A stretch of DNA of 64,000 bases, from positions 40,896,001 through 40,960,000 of the forward strand of contig CP068257.2 of the NCBI GenBank assembly GCA_009914755.4. The letters are read 5' to 3'. This DNA is from the human T2T-CHM13v2.0 reference genome, Homo sapiens. Below, in pieces: positions 24,373-37,146 of the stretch (within the stretch, counting starts at the first letter, position 1; every line of letters begins with the position of its first letter). The notes below the pieces were generated by a model that saw only the letters and a list, made by a program, of their open reading frames with translations, did no database searches and was not told where the DNA came from. The translations under genes were made by a program, and so were the position numbers.

Positions 24373-27300
24373 CTGTGTTGGCTGAAGGTGGAGTGAAACT
24401 GGCCTAACCCCACTGTCCTCCAGGGGGATTCAGTGAGGCCTGAATCCCCTGCTCCTGTCCTGTCCTCTCACTGTTGCCTTTCAGTGGCTCCTGCACCCTC
24501 CAGACTGCCTGATAATCTCCTCTATTGGAGGCCACGTACCTGCTGCAGAGAATGTGTCGCGTGGCTGTAGTCTTAGGCAACTTAGGTGGGGCTGAGAACC
24601 CAGGGCCACTTCTGTCTGCGAAGTGGCTCAAATTCAGCATGGAAAGAACGGAGCCTTCATGGAATGCAGGCGAATACAGTGAATGTTTGTGCCTAAATGA
24701 CTGCGTGGGGCTCTGCAGGTGTAGGATGAGGGAGGAGTCCAGTCTTTTCTAGTGTCATGAAATTCCCACCGCAGCTGCCTGCTGCTCCCCGGACGGGATT
24801 TCCTCTCGCTGCCAGTGGGAGGGGTGGGGAGGGCTGGATGTGGCGAGGGAGTCTGTAGACAGAAGACATTGCCAGCTCCCAGCCCCACCGCCTTCCCCGC
24901 ACACTCGTCGCGCTGTGACTCCCGGCCCCGCCGCCTTCCCCGCACACTCGTCGCGCTGTGACTCCTGGCGGTTTTCTGTGTTCTTCCAGAAGATTGGCAC
25001 CTTTCTTCTCCCACCCCCACCCTCCACCCGCGATGGCATCTGCTGTTTATTTTTGTTGCTGTTCTGTGTGTTGCATGGACGCTTTAGCAGCCGTGACGCC
25101 CGCGTCTTCACAGGGCCCACTCAGCCTCCCGCCTCACATAAGTGTGGAGTTCAGTTGCTGCAGAGGCTTTTGCCTGATCAGTTTTTAATATCTACCTGAT
25201 GTCACAGGTTGATTTTGTATGTAACTTGTTGAAAGGCACTTGTGTAAAAAGGTGTAAAGAAAGCTGCTTTTATGAAAGCAGACGTTTCCCAAAGGACTTG
25301 ACCCCCTCCCCAAGTATTTCCGCAGGGATGGTGTGGCTATGCAGAGGTGAGGGTGCTTCCCTGAAGTGCTTTGGTGAGAATTTGCTCACCTGGCGAGGGG
25401 TTTGCTTACCAGTTCATCTTAACCTAATTAAGTTTGCATTGTCTCTGGAACGCCACGTTTGGGGGATAAAACTCATAGAAATACTGAAATATAGCAATGT
25501 TGTTGAAAACCTGTGGTTATGTAAATATCCTCAGAACTCTTTGTGCTGGAGTAATATGAAATCTCGATGGCTTTGGCAGCAGCCTTCCAACAGGTCTGCG
25601 GGGTGCGGGTGAAGGTGACCTTTCCAACATCAAGGAGAAGGGCCAGAGAGGCGCCCGGACTCACAGTGGCCCTTTCCTGGACCCTTCCCAGGGGCGGAGG
25701 GCCAGAGAGGCACACTCCGATTATGGTCCATCTTTATAGTAACGCTGGGACACAGGCATTGTCATGCCAACTCCATAACTGATGGCCAGGGAGTGTAAGT
25801 GATGTCACCAAGGCCAGAAGCCACAGAGAGGCACCAAGATCCCAGCTTAGGCCTGTCTGCTGCCGAAGCCTATATCCCTAACCAGGATGTGAGACCCCCA
25901 CTCATTACATAACAAAACTAGGAAAACTTTTCTGCTTATTTATGAAAAAAAGGGAACATTTCTAATCGGATATGTTTTCCACAGGTGGTTCCTCCCCAGA
26001 AATATTAAATCACAAAGGATATAAAATTCTGTTTTAAGCGGCGGCCTGCAGAATCTCTTTTTCCTTTCTTCTGCACCAGGTTAATGTTAGAAACTTCAGC
26101 TTCTCCCTGCACATGATTCTCCCTCAGCCGGGGAATGTCCTGTATTCCTGCCCTAGCTGTGGCTTTCTTCAGTCAGAGGTGAATTGTAGTGGCGATGCTT
26201 AGGCCCTTTGGGCGTGGCCAGATTGACTTCCATGGGAGGCAGCAGGGAAAGGTGGGCAGAAACACCTGGCTTCTGAAGGTGCCAAGGAGAAGTGTTCAAC
26301 AAGGCGGCGGGTGAACAGAGAAAGGCCACAGATACCAGCTTGATACAGAGAGGAAGGGCTGCAGGCACCCGCCCTGGGTCTCACGATCACACTCCCAGCC
26401 CCTCACGTCCACCTTGGGTGGAGAACTTAAAACACAAGCAGGAGCAGCCAGGGGGACCCAAGCAGTTGGGGAGCAAATGAAAGCACTCTCTTCCTGAGAT
26501 GCCAGGAGGTCAGCATGGCGCCTCCAGGGAGGACCAGCTCTGCCAAGGGAGCTGCTGGGCAGATGATGACTTTGCATTGTAAAGTAGAGCCCTTGGCTAG
26601 TTTTTGGGGACAGTGTTTAATTATAGCAGAACAGCCCAGTGATGACGGCAGAGTCACGTGACCGTGGAGCAGCTGCATCCCGTGTGACATGCCGGGACTC
26701 AGTGACGTGGCCCACGTGCTGCCAGCTGTAAATCAGGGTGTCTAGCTCCGATTCAAAAGCCCTGGCCTTTTGAAAGTGGCCAGCCTTGTTGGCCACTCCC
26801 TCCTGAAGAGGGGGGGCAGGACTTCCGGCTGCTGCCTGCCTGGGCACTGGGGTGGCTCCCTGCCCAGCGTTCTGTGCCCTGACCTGGAGCCAGCTTTGTG
26901 CACTGCCCTCCAGACCCCTGGCCTCTCTCAGGTTCCAGCTCACGAGGACACCCCTCTGGTATCACGGGCACTGAATGGGCACTCGATCCCCCTAAGGGAC
27001 ACCCCTCTGACCACAAGGACTTCACTTGCCGCCATCACTCACGCTTGATGGGGCAACTCCTTTGAATCTTGAATAGTGCAGAATGATCACTACAGAGACC
27101 CCTGAGAAGAGAAGCATGGGAGCGACAGAGGCCACCAGGGAGGGACACACAGTCACAGAGCACATTCTGTCTTCCTCAGTTTCCCCCGCAACAAGACGAG
27201 CCCCTGCCACATGTGGCGCTGTCCTGGAAGTGTTGTTCCTCTTCCCAAGGAATGCGCTGAGGAAGAGCCCACTTAGGCCCCTCTGCCTCCCAACGAGAAG

Positions 27301-28409
27301 CACCCACTCAGGCCCCTCTGCCTCCCAACGAGAAGCACCCACTCAGGCCCCTCTGCCTCCCGACACATGAGCTTTCCTCTCTGCCCAGGGTTTGTTTCAC
27401 AAGGGCCGTGTCATCCTAAGCTCTGTGCAAAAAGCCTGGTGTTCAGCGTCACAGGTCCCAGTGACTTCTGTAACTGGGCAGCAGCCTTGTCTGCAGAGGG
27501 GGAGACCGAGGCAGGGGCAGCAAGTAACATGCTCACACAGCCAGTCACCAAACTCCAGGGCGATGGCTTTCCCCTCCTCCCACCTCCCAGACAAGTGTCT
27601 CCAACCCTGGCCCTGCTTGCTGGTTCTGTGGACAGTTTGGTGGGTGGGTGGTCCCCTGCCCCAGGGATATTTTTAAATTGAGGTATGATTTACACTTACT
27701 AAGTATACAAATCTTCAGTGTACAGTTTGGCAGATCTGTACATGCCCATAGGGGTAGTCATCCTCTAGGTTAAGGGATGGACCCTTTCTGGCTCCCAGAC
27801 AGCTCCCCATCCCCTGTCCCACATTGTCCCCCTTTAGGTAACCGTGACTCTCACCTCTAGCCGCATGGATTCGTTGCCCATGCTTGGACTTCCTATGAGT
27901 GGAATGCTGCAGTCTGTACTCTTTCATGTCTGCCTCCTTCTGCTTCATGTTATGTTTGTGAGGTTCATCCTCATTGTTGCCTGGACCTGTAACTTGTTCT
28001 TTTTCACGGGTGTGTAGCATTCAGTTGTGTGAATCTAGGAAAATGTACCCCTTCTTCCTTGTGGACAGGTGGTCAAGGATGACAGGCAGTCGGCTTTCAG
28101 CTTGGAGCTCTTAGAACTAAAACTGCTCCCGAGGCTCGTCTTCCGGTGGCATATGAAGATGGCTTATGTTCGTCACGTGCTCAGGAGTGGGGTTGCTGGA
28201 GAGTCCTGCTGAAACGTCACCAGCAGGCATTCTTGTGGGTCCTGCAGACACACCGCCAGCAGCGCCTTGTGTCCCTCTTAGAATGCAGGGTGCAGGTGCC
28301 CTGGGCAGGCTGCTGGGAGAGGAGGGGTGACTGTTCCTCTCTGTGCCCCATGCTGAGCCTCACTGAGGGCACTTCCTCTCCCTGCTTCTGCCCTCCCATC
28401 ACGTCCCAG

Positions 28410-28542
28410 GGTGAGCTCCACAAGTACTGCACTGCTTGGGATGAAGCTGACGTCAGGTTCAGCAGCCAGAACAGGAAGTCTGGGTCCGCTGCCCCCCACC
28501 AGCTCCCTGACAATGAGACCGACTGTGGCTGGGCACCGTTTG
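28410..28542 (+). CDS. SLC37A1: SLC37A1 coding exon 3: GELHKYCTAWDEADVRFSSQNRKSGSAAPHQLPDNETDCGWAPF plus 1 nt
   Basis: Acceptor cccag|ggtgag at 28409|28410 and donor ttt g|gtaagt at 28542|28543. Coordinates are anchored to track ORF 28146..28895, which reads ...SQGELHKYCTAW...WAPF in the same frame. Confidence 0.88.
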
Positions 28543-29184
28543 GTAAGTCGATTATCGGTCCGTCCAGGAGCCGAAGCGGCTGTCCTTCCAGCCTTGCTAT
28601 TAATCACTTTAGCAGCAGTAATGCTGTTCCCAGATGTAACTGCATTTCCATGACAGCCCTCTCCTACCAAAAAGCACATGACTTCACCGCCACGGTGTCC
28701 ACAGTGCCTGTGCGCAGAGCTGTTCCTCCTGAAAGAAGGTTCTCTTTATGGGGAAATGTGCTGAAGATCATTTGCATTTTGTATTTTGGACTTGCAGGGC
28801 ATAGTTCTGTGGGTGAGAAGAAGAGAGAGACACGAGGCGCTGGTGTGGGTGCTGGCCTAGGCAGGTGTGCTGCAGAAAAGCCAGTGGACACGTAAAAGAA
28901 AAGGCATCAATCAAATGTGCAGCCACCATGCACAATGGGGATTTTATCTCATCTGAATGACGCCTGTATTATATTTAGTGATTATTTGAAACTGCGGTGA
29001 CTTCATTTTCCTTTGCAAGAAACTGAACGGAAAATGCACCGCCTTGTTTTCTATGTGGAAAACCACGCGTTTCACTAAGTACACCCCGATTTCGGGAACA
29101 GATGCTTTGTGTTTTATAGCCGTGCTCTAGAACATAAACTAAACAATACTGAGCTTGTCCTGCTGGTTTTCAAATTCATATAGA

Positions 29185-29263
29185 TAAGAACAACTATCAG
29201 CAGCTGCTTGGGGCCCTGGACTACTCCTTCCTGTGCGCCTATGCCGTGGGGATGTACCTCAGG
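29185..29263 (+). CDS. SLC37A1: SLC37A1 coding exon 4: (D)KNNYQQLLGALDYSFLCAYAVGMYL plus 2 nt
   Basis: Acceptor tcatatag|AT at 29184|29185 and donor CTCAG|gtaggt at 29263|29264. Phase links g+at to D and ag+t to S with the neighbouring exons. My read of this stretch disagrees by 1 nt with the nearby track ORF, so treat as +/-2 nt. Confidence 0.8.
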
Positions 29264-29814
29264 TAGGTCTCCTTCAGTTTTCCAGACCCTTCCTGGTTAC
29301 CTGGCCCCTCCGTGCAGAGAAGACATCCGCTATGCTGAAGTGCACAGGCGCGCGGGATTGAGGCCCCCGCTTGCCACTGGCTTCCCTGCTGTTCCCTTCC
29401 CAAAGACGAGGCCAAGCTTAGGAGAGAGCAAGTGCGTGTGCTGTGCCCACAACACAGGACCTCGAGGCAGAGGATTTCCGTGTCCCGGGCACTGTGCCAA
29501 TTGACACAGGCTGCCCTCAGCTTTCCTGGCCCTGAAGTTTAGGACCTACCATGAATCCTGCCAATCCTGGGACGTGGTCATTCAGGAACAGAGGACTAGT
29601 TTCCTGTTCAGCAGAGCCCAACCTCTCCTGTGGTTCAGAGGTTGCCATCTGTTTACATGCCCCAAATAACGAATTTCACCTGATGATCGAAACAGTTGAC
29701 ACAGGATGTGCTGAACAGCTCTACCTGGATGCCCAGCTTGGCCCCAGAACTCTGAGCACAGCAGAGGCAGCCATGCATGGCGGGTGGGGAACTCCAGAGA
29801 GAGACCGGCTCGGA

Positions 29815-30070
29815 TCTGAGTCCCAGCTCTGAGTACAGCAGAGGCAGCTCTGCGTGGTGGGCAGGGAACTCCAGAGAGACACCAGCTGGGATCTGAACCC
29901 CAGCTCTACCACCTGCTAGGATGTGGCCTTGAGCAAGTTACTATACCTCTTTGGGCCTCAGTTTCCCCTTTGCAACATGGAGGAAATAATAGTTCTTATG
30001 TCATAGGATTGGGGCAAAGATTGAGTTAATGTATGTAGAAGCTCACAACGGTGCCTGGCCTGTGCTGCCA
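29815..30070 (+). mobile_element. MIR SINE (sense), with its 5' region tandemly duplicated upstream (see the finding at 29750-29907)
   Basis: ...ccagctctaccacctgctaggatgtggccttgagcaagttactatacctctttgggcctcagtttcccctttgcaacatggaggaaataatagttcttatgtcataggattg...ctcacaacggtgcctggcc follows the MIR consensus (gtgaccttgggcaagttacttaacctctctgtgcctcagtttcctcatctgtaaaatggggataataatag...). Confidence 0.8.
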
Positions 30071-30212
30071 GCCCAGCCCATTCTTGATCCCACTTTGAAC
30101 TGACCAAGGCAGGTGGTGAATATTATATGGGTCATAGGACGTGTGATTGGCTGATTAAAAACTGCTATTGTGTCAGTCCAGCCAGGTTTTTTTTTAAAGG
30201 CAGTATAGGGAT

Positions 30213-30660
30213 GTTCTAGCCCATTTTCTGTTGCTATTAGCACAATATCTGAGCTTGAGTAATTTATAATGAAAAAAGGTGTATTTAGCTTTTATCTAAC
30301 TGGGAAGTTCAAGATTGGGCAGCTGCATCTGGCAAGAGCCTCGTGCCACATTGTAATGTGGTGGAGGGCGTCACCTAGCAGAGGCCCCTGTGAGATGGGT
30401 TAGCAGTGAGCAGGGCATACAAAACAGACACAGCACAGGGGTGACGTTGCTTTATAGCAACCAGCTCTCACCTCTCACAATAGCTCATCAGTCCTGAGAG
30501 CGCGGCCACTCACTCCTGCGGATTCATTCCTTCGTCAAGGCGGATCCCTCATGACCCAAATGCCCTTCAAAGCTCCCTGTACCTCTCAACACAGTTATAC
30601 TGGGGACCAAGCCTCAACACAAGTTTTGATGGAGACCAACCATAGTCACACCACAGCCAG
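30213..30660 (-). mobile_element. MaLR LTR, THE1/MST-like. This is a second copy in the same antisense orientation as the one at 1247-1666.
   Basis: ttctagcccattttctgttgctattagcacaatatctgagcttgagtaatttataatgaaaaaaggtgtatttagcttttatc...ctcatgacccaaatgcccttcaaagctccctgtacctctcaacacagttatactggggaccaagcctcaacacaagttttgatggagaccaacc is the reverse complement of a THE1/MST LTR. Confidence 0.8.
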
Positions 30661-31149
30661 AGACTGAGGCATGTGGTCCCAAGAGGCTTTTGTTCAGAGA
30701 CAGAGGTCTTTACCGCCTGGAGAAACCCAGGGATCCCCATAAATGTTTAGCTGCTTCCCTGAGACCTGCCCAGAGTGTAGGATCATCAAGACCTGGGCCC
30801 CCCTACCCCGCTCAGAGCCCTGGTGGGTGGTTGGTGCCCAGGCAGGCAGTGTCTGCTATTGGAGGAGAGTGCATAGCTCTCCCTTTATTGAACGTGTGTA
30901 TTTGCCTCCTGCTGCAGAACTTGTCTGAGTGAACAAATGAATAATAAAGATTTGGAATCCCAGAGTGTGTGGTGTGCAGCAGACCAGGAGCCTAGCTGGA
31001 GAGTGTGGTGTGTACCTGGGGCTTCCTTAGCGCTTGGGTCTCAGCCAGGCTGCCAGACCTTCTCCACTTTGAGGTCAAATGTTTATATTCCCCACACTGC
31101 AGTCTTACTGAACACAAATAATCTGTGGTATAAAAAGACCCAAAGTGGG

Positions 31150-31395
31150 AGTGTGTTTTTCTCAGTTACTGGAAAACTGCATTTAAATCTGGTTCTCAGC
31201 TGGGGGCAGTTTTGTCTCCTAGGGGACATTTAGTAATGTCTAGAGACATTTGTGGGTGTCACAGCCAGGGAAGGGATGTTGCTGGCATCTAGTGGCTAGA
31301 AACCAGGGTGCTGCTAAACATCCTACAACACACAGGACAGCCCCTAACACCACAGAATTACCGGAGCCAAAGTATCAATAGTGCTGGGGTTCAGA
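31150..31395 (+). mobile_element. Ancient MER-class interspersed repeat (the ...ggggacatttggcaatgtctggagacatttttggttgtcac... family)
   Basis: ggggcagttttgtctcctaggggacatttagtaatgtctagagacatttgtgggtgtcacagccagggaagggatgttgctggcatctagtggctagaaaccagggtgctgctaaacatcctacaacacacaggacagcccctaacaccacagaattac follows a well-known human repeat consensus. I am unsure of the exact family name. Confidence 0.65.
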
Positions 31396-33223
31396 AAGCC
31401 TGCTTTAAGTAAATAAACTGGTTTCTTGTTGCTTATTTACGGTAAAGATAATTCTTATGCAACTTGTCAGTAAGGTTATTAAAACAAAATTTGGTCTAAT
31501 GTGACATCTACACAGTAAACTCATGACTGAAAACAAGGGCACATGCTGCTGCATTGAAGGGGCCTTTTTGTGTGACAGTCCCTACCTGAGGTCTCAGTGA
31601 TGGGTGCTGTTTTGTTCGCTATGTCAGATGAAATCAGATCTGATAGGGTACAGCCATTCAGCCCAGGTACTGCCTGGTGGGTTCAAGCAGGTGCAGCGTG
31701 GACTTGAATCCCTGTATGAGTCCCATGTAATGTGAAATGGTGTTTGTTCAATTAGACCTTTTCTTTAAAATTTTTCAGTAGAGATCAAAGTAGGCCCAAA
31801 TCATATAGCAAGATTAGAGAATACTTCTAAGCCTAGCCAGCAGCACCCAGCTCTCAGGAGCCCATCTGGTTGTGCCAGCTGTGCTGTGACCTGGGCAGGT
31901 CAGCCAGCCTCTCAGGGACCTATCTCCTGGTCTCTGAAGTGGGCAGGTTGAAGTCAGTAACTCTCTAGCTCTACAATGCTCTTGAGTCTGTGTGTGGTGA
32001 GGTTTTAGCTGAAATTTTCACCTGGATGTTGTCTATAATTTTAAGTTACTTTCTTCTGCTTTAGTGTTTAAAAGGTCATTTGCATGATCCAAGGTAGATC
32101 TTTTTTACTTGGTGAATTCGGAAGGAAAATCTCTCTGGCGTAGGTTTTTGAGATGAAAGCTGAGAACATTGGAGCTGACTCCCGGAGTGGGGTTCATGGC
32201 AGGCAGGTGTCACTGTGTGTTAGGTTTCCTGTTTATCTGACTCCTAGAATGACCCTACAGAAGAAAGTGAGACCCATAGAGTCTCTAATGCTTGTGAAGG
32301 GCTCACGTCCATCCGTGATACTCTACAGCTTTTCTGTTTACTTAATAAGTCACAATGTTAAGTTGGTCCATAGTGACATTTCCCATAAAACAGTAAGGGA
32401 TGTTTTGGATGGCATTAGGTATTGTGCTGTGATGGCGGCTAAAGACTGTTAAGTCTGTTCCCTGCTGTGAAGCTGGAGACTTTTTACCACCCCCCTCGAG
32501 GCTGTTTTAGTGAGGCGCTAAGCATCCCTTATGCCACCAGGTCCCCAGACAGCTCTAGAAGATAAGACACCAAAGAGGGTAGCTGTTTAGTGAATCGCAT
32601 TGCTGTTCAGAAGGATCAGAGAGATGCCACCCCAGCATTTCAGACCTTACCATAGAGCAAATCTTCTGCCTTTAAATCAGGTCAAAGTGGTGTGGCAGGA
32701 GGCGGTAGTGGCAAAGCAGCTGAAAGCCACTTCCCCACTGAGCCCAGCCAGCCAGGTGTATTAACACAGGTGACTTAATTACAGCTCGTGGGGCCGAATG
32801 ACTTGCTCAGGGTCATAAGTGATCTCATGACATTTGGTGTAGTTTGACAACTGGAATTTTAAGACACTATATACATTTACTGGATATGGTTTATGTGAAA
32901 GCAGGATTAACTAGCAAGACGAGTTCCTGTTTCCTTTCATTGGCAGCTATCATAGATAAGTCCTAGTGTTTGAATTTTATTATTTGACAGATAGGACTTC
33001 TACTAGAAATAAAATCTTCTAAGATGTTGCCAGTCTCTGGTTTCTGGTGAGTAAGCGCTCCATAGGGAAATAAGTGTATGAAATCTTCCTGGAAATTGTA
33101 AGGCTTGAGAGTTCCCCAAGCTCAGAGAACAGCATGAAAGCATCCGGCAAGAAACAGCCACGAGGTTGCTAACATTCGGGCGTGTTTGTTATTCCTATTT
33201 GTCTTTCCTTCTCTCCACCTCAG

Positions 33224-33359
33224 TGGCATCATTGGGGAGCGCCTGCCGATTAGGTATTACCTAACTTTCGGGATGCTCGCCAGCGGAGCCTTCACCGCCC
33301 TGTTCGGCTTAGGGTATTTCTACAACATCCACAGTTTCGGATTCTACGTGGTAACTCAG
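33224..33359 (+). CDS. SLC37A1: SLC37A1 coding exon 5: (S)GIIGERLPIRYYLTFGMLASGAFTALFGLGYFYNIHSFGFYVVTQ
   Basis: Track ORF 33186..33407 reads ...HLSGIIGERLPIRYY...FYVVTQV. Acceptor ctccacctcag|T at 33223|33224 and donor CAG|gtaagg at 33359|33360. Confidence 0.9.
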
Positions 33360-35463
33360 GTAAGGGTTTGGGTCCGTGGCTCACCATGTACGGGGTTTCC
33401 TTGGTGAATAGGGTGGAGTGTTTATGTCACGTCACCTCTGTCAAGGTGTTGGGAAGGGGCAGAAGTGCGTCCTGTCGGAAGTCAGGGTCAGCTGACGTAA
33501 CAAAGTCCTTCCCTTTCTCTTCTGCTTAGAAATTCCAGCAACCAGGAGGTTTTCCTTAATTTCAGGAGTTGCCTCGTAAAGAATGCTGTCTGTCAGTGCC
33601 CCGGCAGGGAGACTGACATGCAGAGCCCTTGGGAGTCACTCTGTCTTCATGTGGATAAGTTTGAGATGTTTTATCTTGCGAAAGATTTGACCACTTAGGG
33701 GTTGGAGGGTGTGTCCTCCAGCTGAAGCCCCAGCTGCAGTCACCCTAACAGCGGTGGCAGGGAGTTCCCACCAGGGAGCGCCCCAAACCATCCCAAGATG
33801 GGGCTGGTTGGGATTCCAACGAACAAAGCACTAAATGCTGGGTGATCAATTTAAAGCATGTATTAGGGGAACTTACATACTGAGGGCTGCAGTGTATGGT
33901 CGCAACACACAGCGGGACAGGGCGTTCCACCTAGGTCTGTCCACAGTGAGGGGTTGGCATATGGAGTTTATTTGAGGGTTTAAGGAATTTGGCTCAGGGC
34001 CAGGGTTAGTTTCTTTCCATGTTTTGGGTCAACAACTGAAACACCTTTATCAGTGCCTAGGAGTGTTCAGGGACCAACTTGGGTCCAAGCCTACAAAGGA
34101 AAACCTGCAGCTGGTTGGGTCACAGTGAGAGGAAAAAGGGGGAGACCTGAGGAGTCTACAGAGGGATGCAAGGGCGGAAGGAAGGGCCGACTTTGGAGTT
34201 GGGCAGCAGGAGGGGGTGTGAGGCAGTCAGTGGAGAGAACAGGAGAGATCATGAAGGTGCTAGAAGGGGAGAAGGCCTGAGGACAGCGCGCGCTGGCTTT
34301 GCCCTTGGAGCTGGAGCCCTTCCGGAATCTCCTGGCTTCTGCCCTTCCCAGCAGTCCTGTGGATCAATATTCAGCAGCCGAGGGAAGCTGCTGAAATAAT
34401 GATGCTCATCTCGGGCTTTGTGATGCTTCTGGGGCTCCCCAGATAGGTCAGGGGAATGCTATAAAACCATCAAGCAGATTGTATTTAATTTTGCTTTTCA
34501 AGATTTTGCCATAACACTTGAAAAAGTTTGGCTATTTTAATTACAAAAGCAATTCACACTTGTGTAGTAATATAGAAAATTAGAAGGGAGGAGAAAACAA
34601 TTTTCCAGAGTCCCAGCATGTTTCTGGAGTGAAGGCCCAGCCCGGTCAGCCCAGAGGCAGCAACAGTTAGACCAGCGGCTCCCAGGCGTCTTCTAGAGCA
34701 GCAGTTTCCAACCTTTTTGGCACCAGGGACCAGTTTTGTGGAAGACAGTCTTTCCACTGGGGACCAGGGTTGGGGAGAGGAGGATGGTTTGGGGATGAAA
34801 CTGTTCCCCCTCAGGTCATCAGGCATTCGATTCTCATAAGGAGCGCACAACCTGGATCCCTCACATGTGCAGTTCACAGTAGGGTTCGCGCTCCTATGAG
34901 AATCTAACGCCCCGCTGATCTGACAGGAGGTGGAGCTCAGGCGGCAATGCTTGCTCTCCCACTACTCACCTCCTGCTGTGTGGCCCGGTTCCTAATAGGC
35001 CACGGATCAGGACTAGTCTGTGCCTGGGGTTGGGGACCCTGCTCTAGAGAGCTGGCTTACTGCAGTGAGGTGGTCAGAGCTGCCAGGCTGGCCCAGGGTT
35101 GGGGACCCTGCTCTAGAGAGCTGGCTTACTGCAGTGAGGTAGTCGGAGCTGCCAGGCTGGCCCTGGTTTCGTGCAGTCTTGTAGAGCCACCCCCGAGTCT
35201 CAAGACGCTAGAGCGTCCTCAGCAATACATTCCCCAAGTCCCTTCATGAAACTCAAGTCAGGGATTCTTCAAAAGTGCAGAGATACTTTGTCCAGGCGCG
35301 AAGTCAAGTTCGTGTTCATTCCAGAGAATGATTAACAACAGTACCTTCTCCATGGCATGGTAAGGGAAACATGCAATTCACAAGCCATGTTTATCATACA
35401 ATTCTATAAACAGTTCATAAAGAGAAGAAAGGTTTTCTCTCTTTAAAAAGTTTGTATTTGTTT

Positions 35464-35752
<289 letters not shown>

Positions 35753-36114
35753 TCTTTCTATGAAGTTTTTGGATTCAAAAGAGACCGGGAAGCTTGGCCC
35801 CACACTGTTATGAGGTGTGATCTGCTGGTGGTGGGGTTCTGGCTGGGTTTTTTTTCCTTGCTTTTCTCTGCTTATTCTAAAATTTCCACAATAGGCATGC
35901 ATTGCTTTTATTTTGAAAAATATATAGATACCTGTATACATGGTTTTAAAATATATATGTAGTTTAAACTGTATATAAATATAAAATTGACAGTCCATCT
36001 CTGGCTGTCGTGCCCCCTGCTTTGTGTAAGTGGAGCAAGCTCTGTGCACCTCCCTGCAGCGCTGTCCCGGGCCTGCTTCCCACAGGTCAGTCTCTCCTTT
36101 GGCCTCTCCTGCAG

Positions 36115-36191
36115 GTCATCAACGGGCTGGTGCAGACCACCGGCTGGCCCAGCGTCGTCACCTGCCTCGGCAACTGGTTTGGAAAAGGAAG
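36115..36191 (+). CDS. SLC37A1: SLC37A1 coding exon 6: VINGLVQTTGWPSVVTCLGNWFGKG plus 2 nt
   Basis: Track ORF 36010..36195 reads ...QVINGLVQTTGWPSVVTCLGNWFGKGR. Acceptor ctcctgcag|G at 36114|36115 and donor GGAAG|gtgaga at 36191|36192. GWPSVVTC and NWFGKG are conserved SLC37 family motifs. Confidence 0.9.
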
Positions 36192-37146
36192 GTGAGAAAA
36201 AGCAGCCCTGTTTCCAATAGCAGATGAAAACTAGACCATTTTACTTTTAGTTTTTCTGTAGACTGATTACAGCAAAAACACTTTAGTATCCTCTTTAAAA
36301 TAAGATGGCTGAAACCTCTGGGGCTTGAATTGCTGAAATTCAGATGGCCTGTGTCCCACGAGACAGGGGAGCTCCGCCCTCCCACTGTGGGCCTGGTGAA
36401 GTCCGTGTCACTCGGCGGCTCCTCTGACAGCTGCATCTGGCCTCCCAGGTGTTGTGGGAGATGCAGAGTCCAGGACCCTGCCCCAGGCCTTTTGAAGCCA
36501 AAGCTACATGTTAACATGGGAGTTTGGGAAGTCCCGACCTGGGTCACCCAGCGCACAGCACCAAAGTAGCAGAGCTGGGACCCAGCCTGGCGAGTCCAGA
36601 TTTATTTGTAAATGGCTTTTATTTTATACAGATAAAATTTATTTATTTGTAAAATTCAGCTCAGCCAGGCCAAAGGCTTATTTATGGTGGACGATCGCAA
36701 ACAAGATGCGGAAGCTAAAACGGGAACACCAGCGTCATCAGGTCTTAAGTCTTAGATACTGTGCCTCATTCACCTGGTGTGTGCATCCATGAGTTTTGTT
36801 CAAATGACAGTTCATCAAGTGACTGTATGTATTAATTGATTGTAGAGGCACAAATTTTAATTTCAGGCCTTCCAAGACTTTCAGGGAAAGGCCTCTTTCT
36901 TCTTCTTGAGTACAGAATGCGCTCAGAGCAAGAGGTAGAATGGGTGATGGCACAGCCTGAGGCCACATAAACACATCAGCTCTCGTGAGCATCGCGAGTC
37001 CTGCATGGCACAGAAGCAGGGTCTGCATGGCCCCCCGTTGATTCTGCGCCGACTCCCTACTTTGCAGGCACTGCTGCGCCCTGCACTGCTGGACTCGTTT
37101 CAGCTTCTCAGCTCCATCTTCTGTCTTCTGTTTTGTTGTGCTGCAG

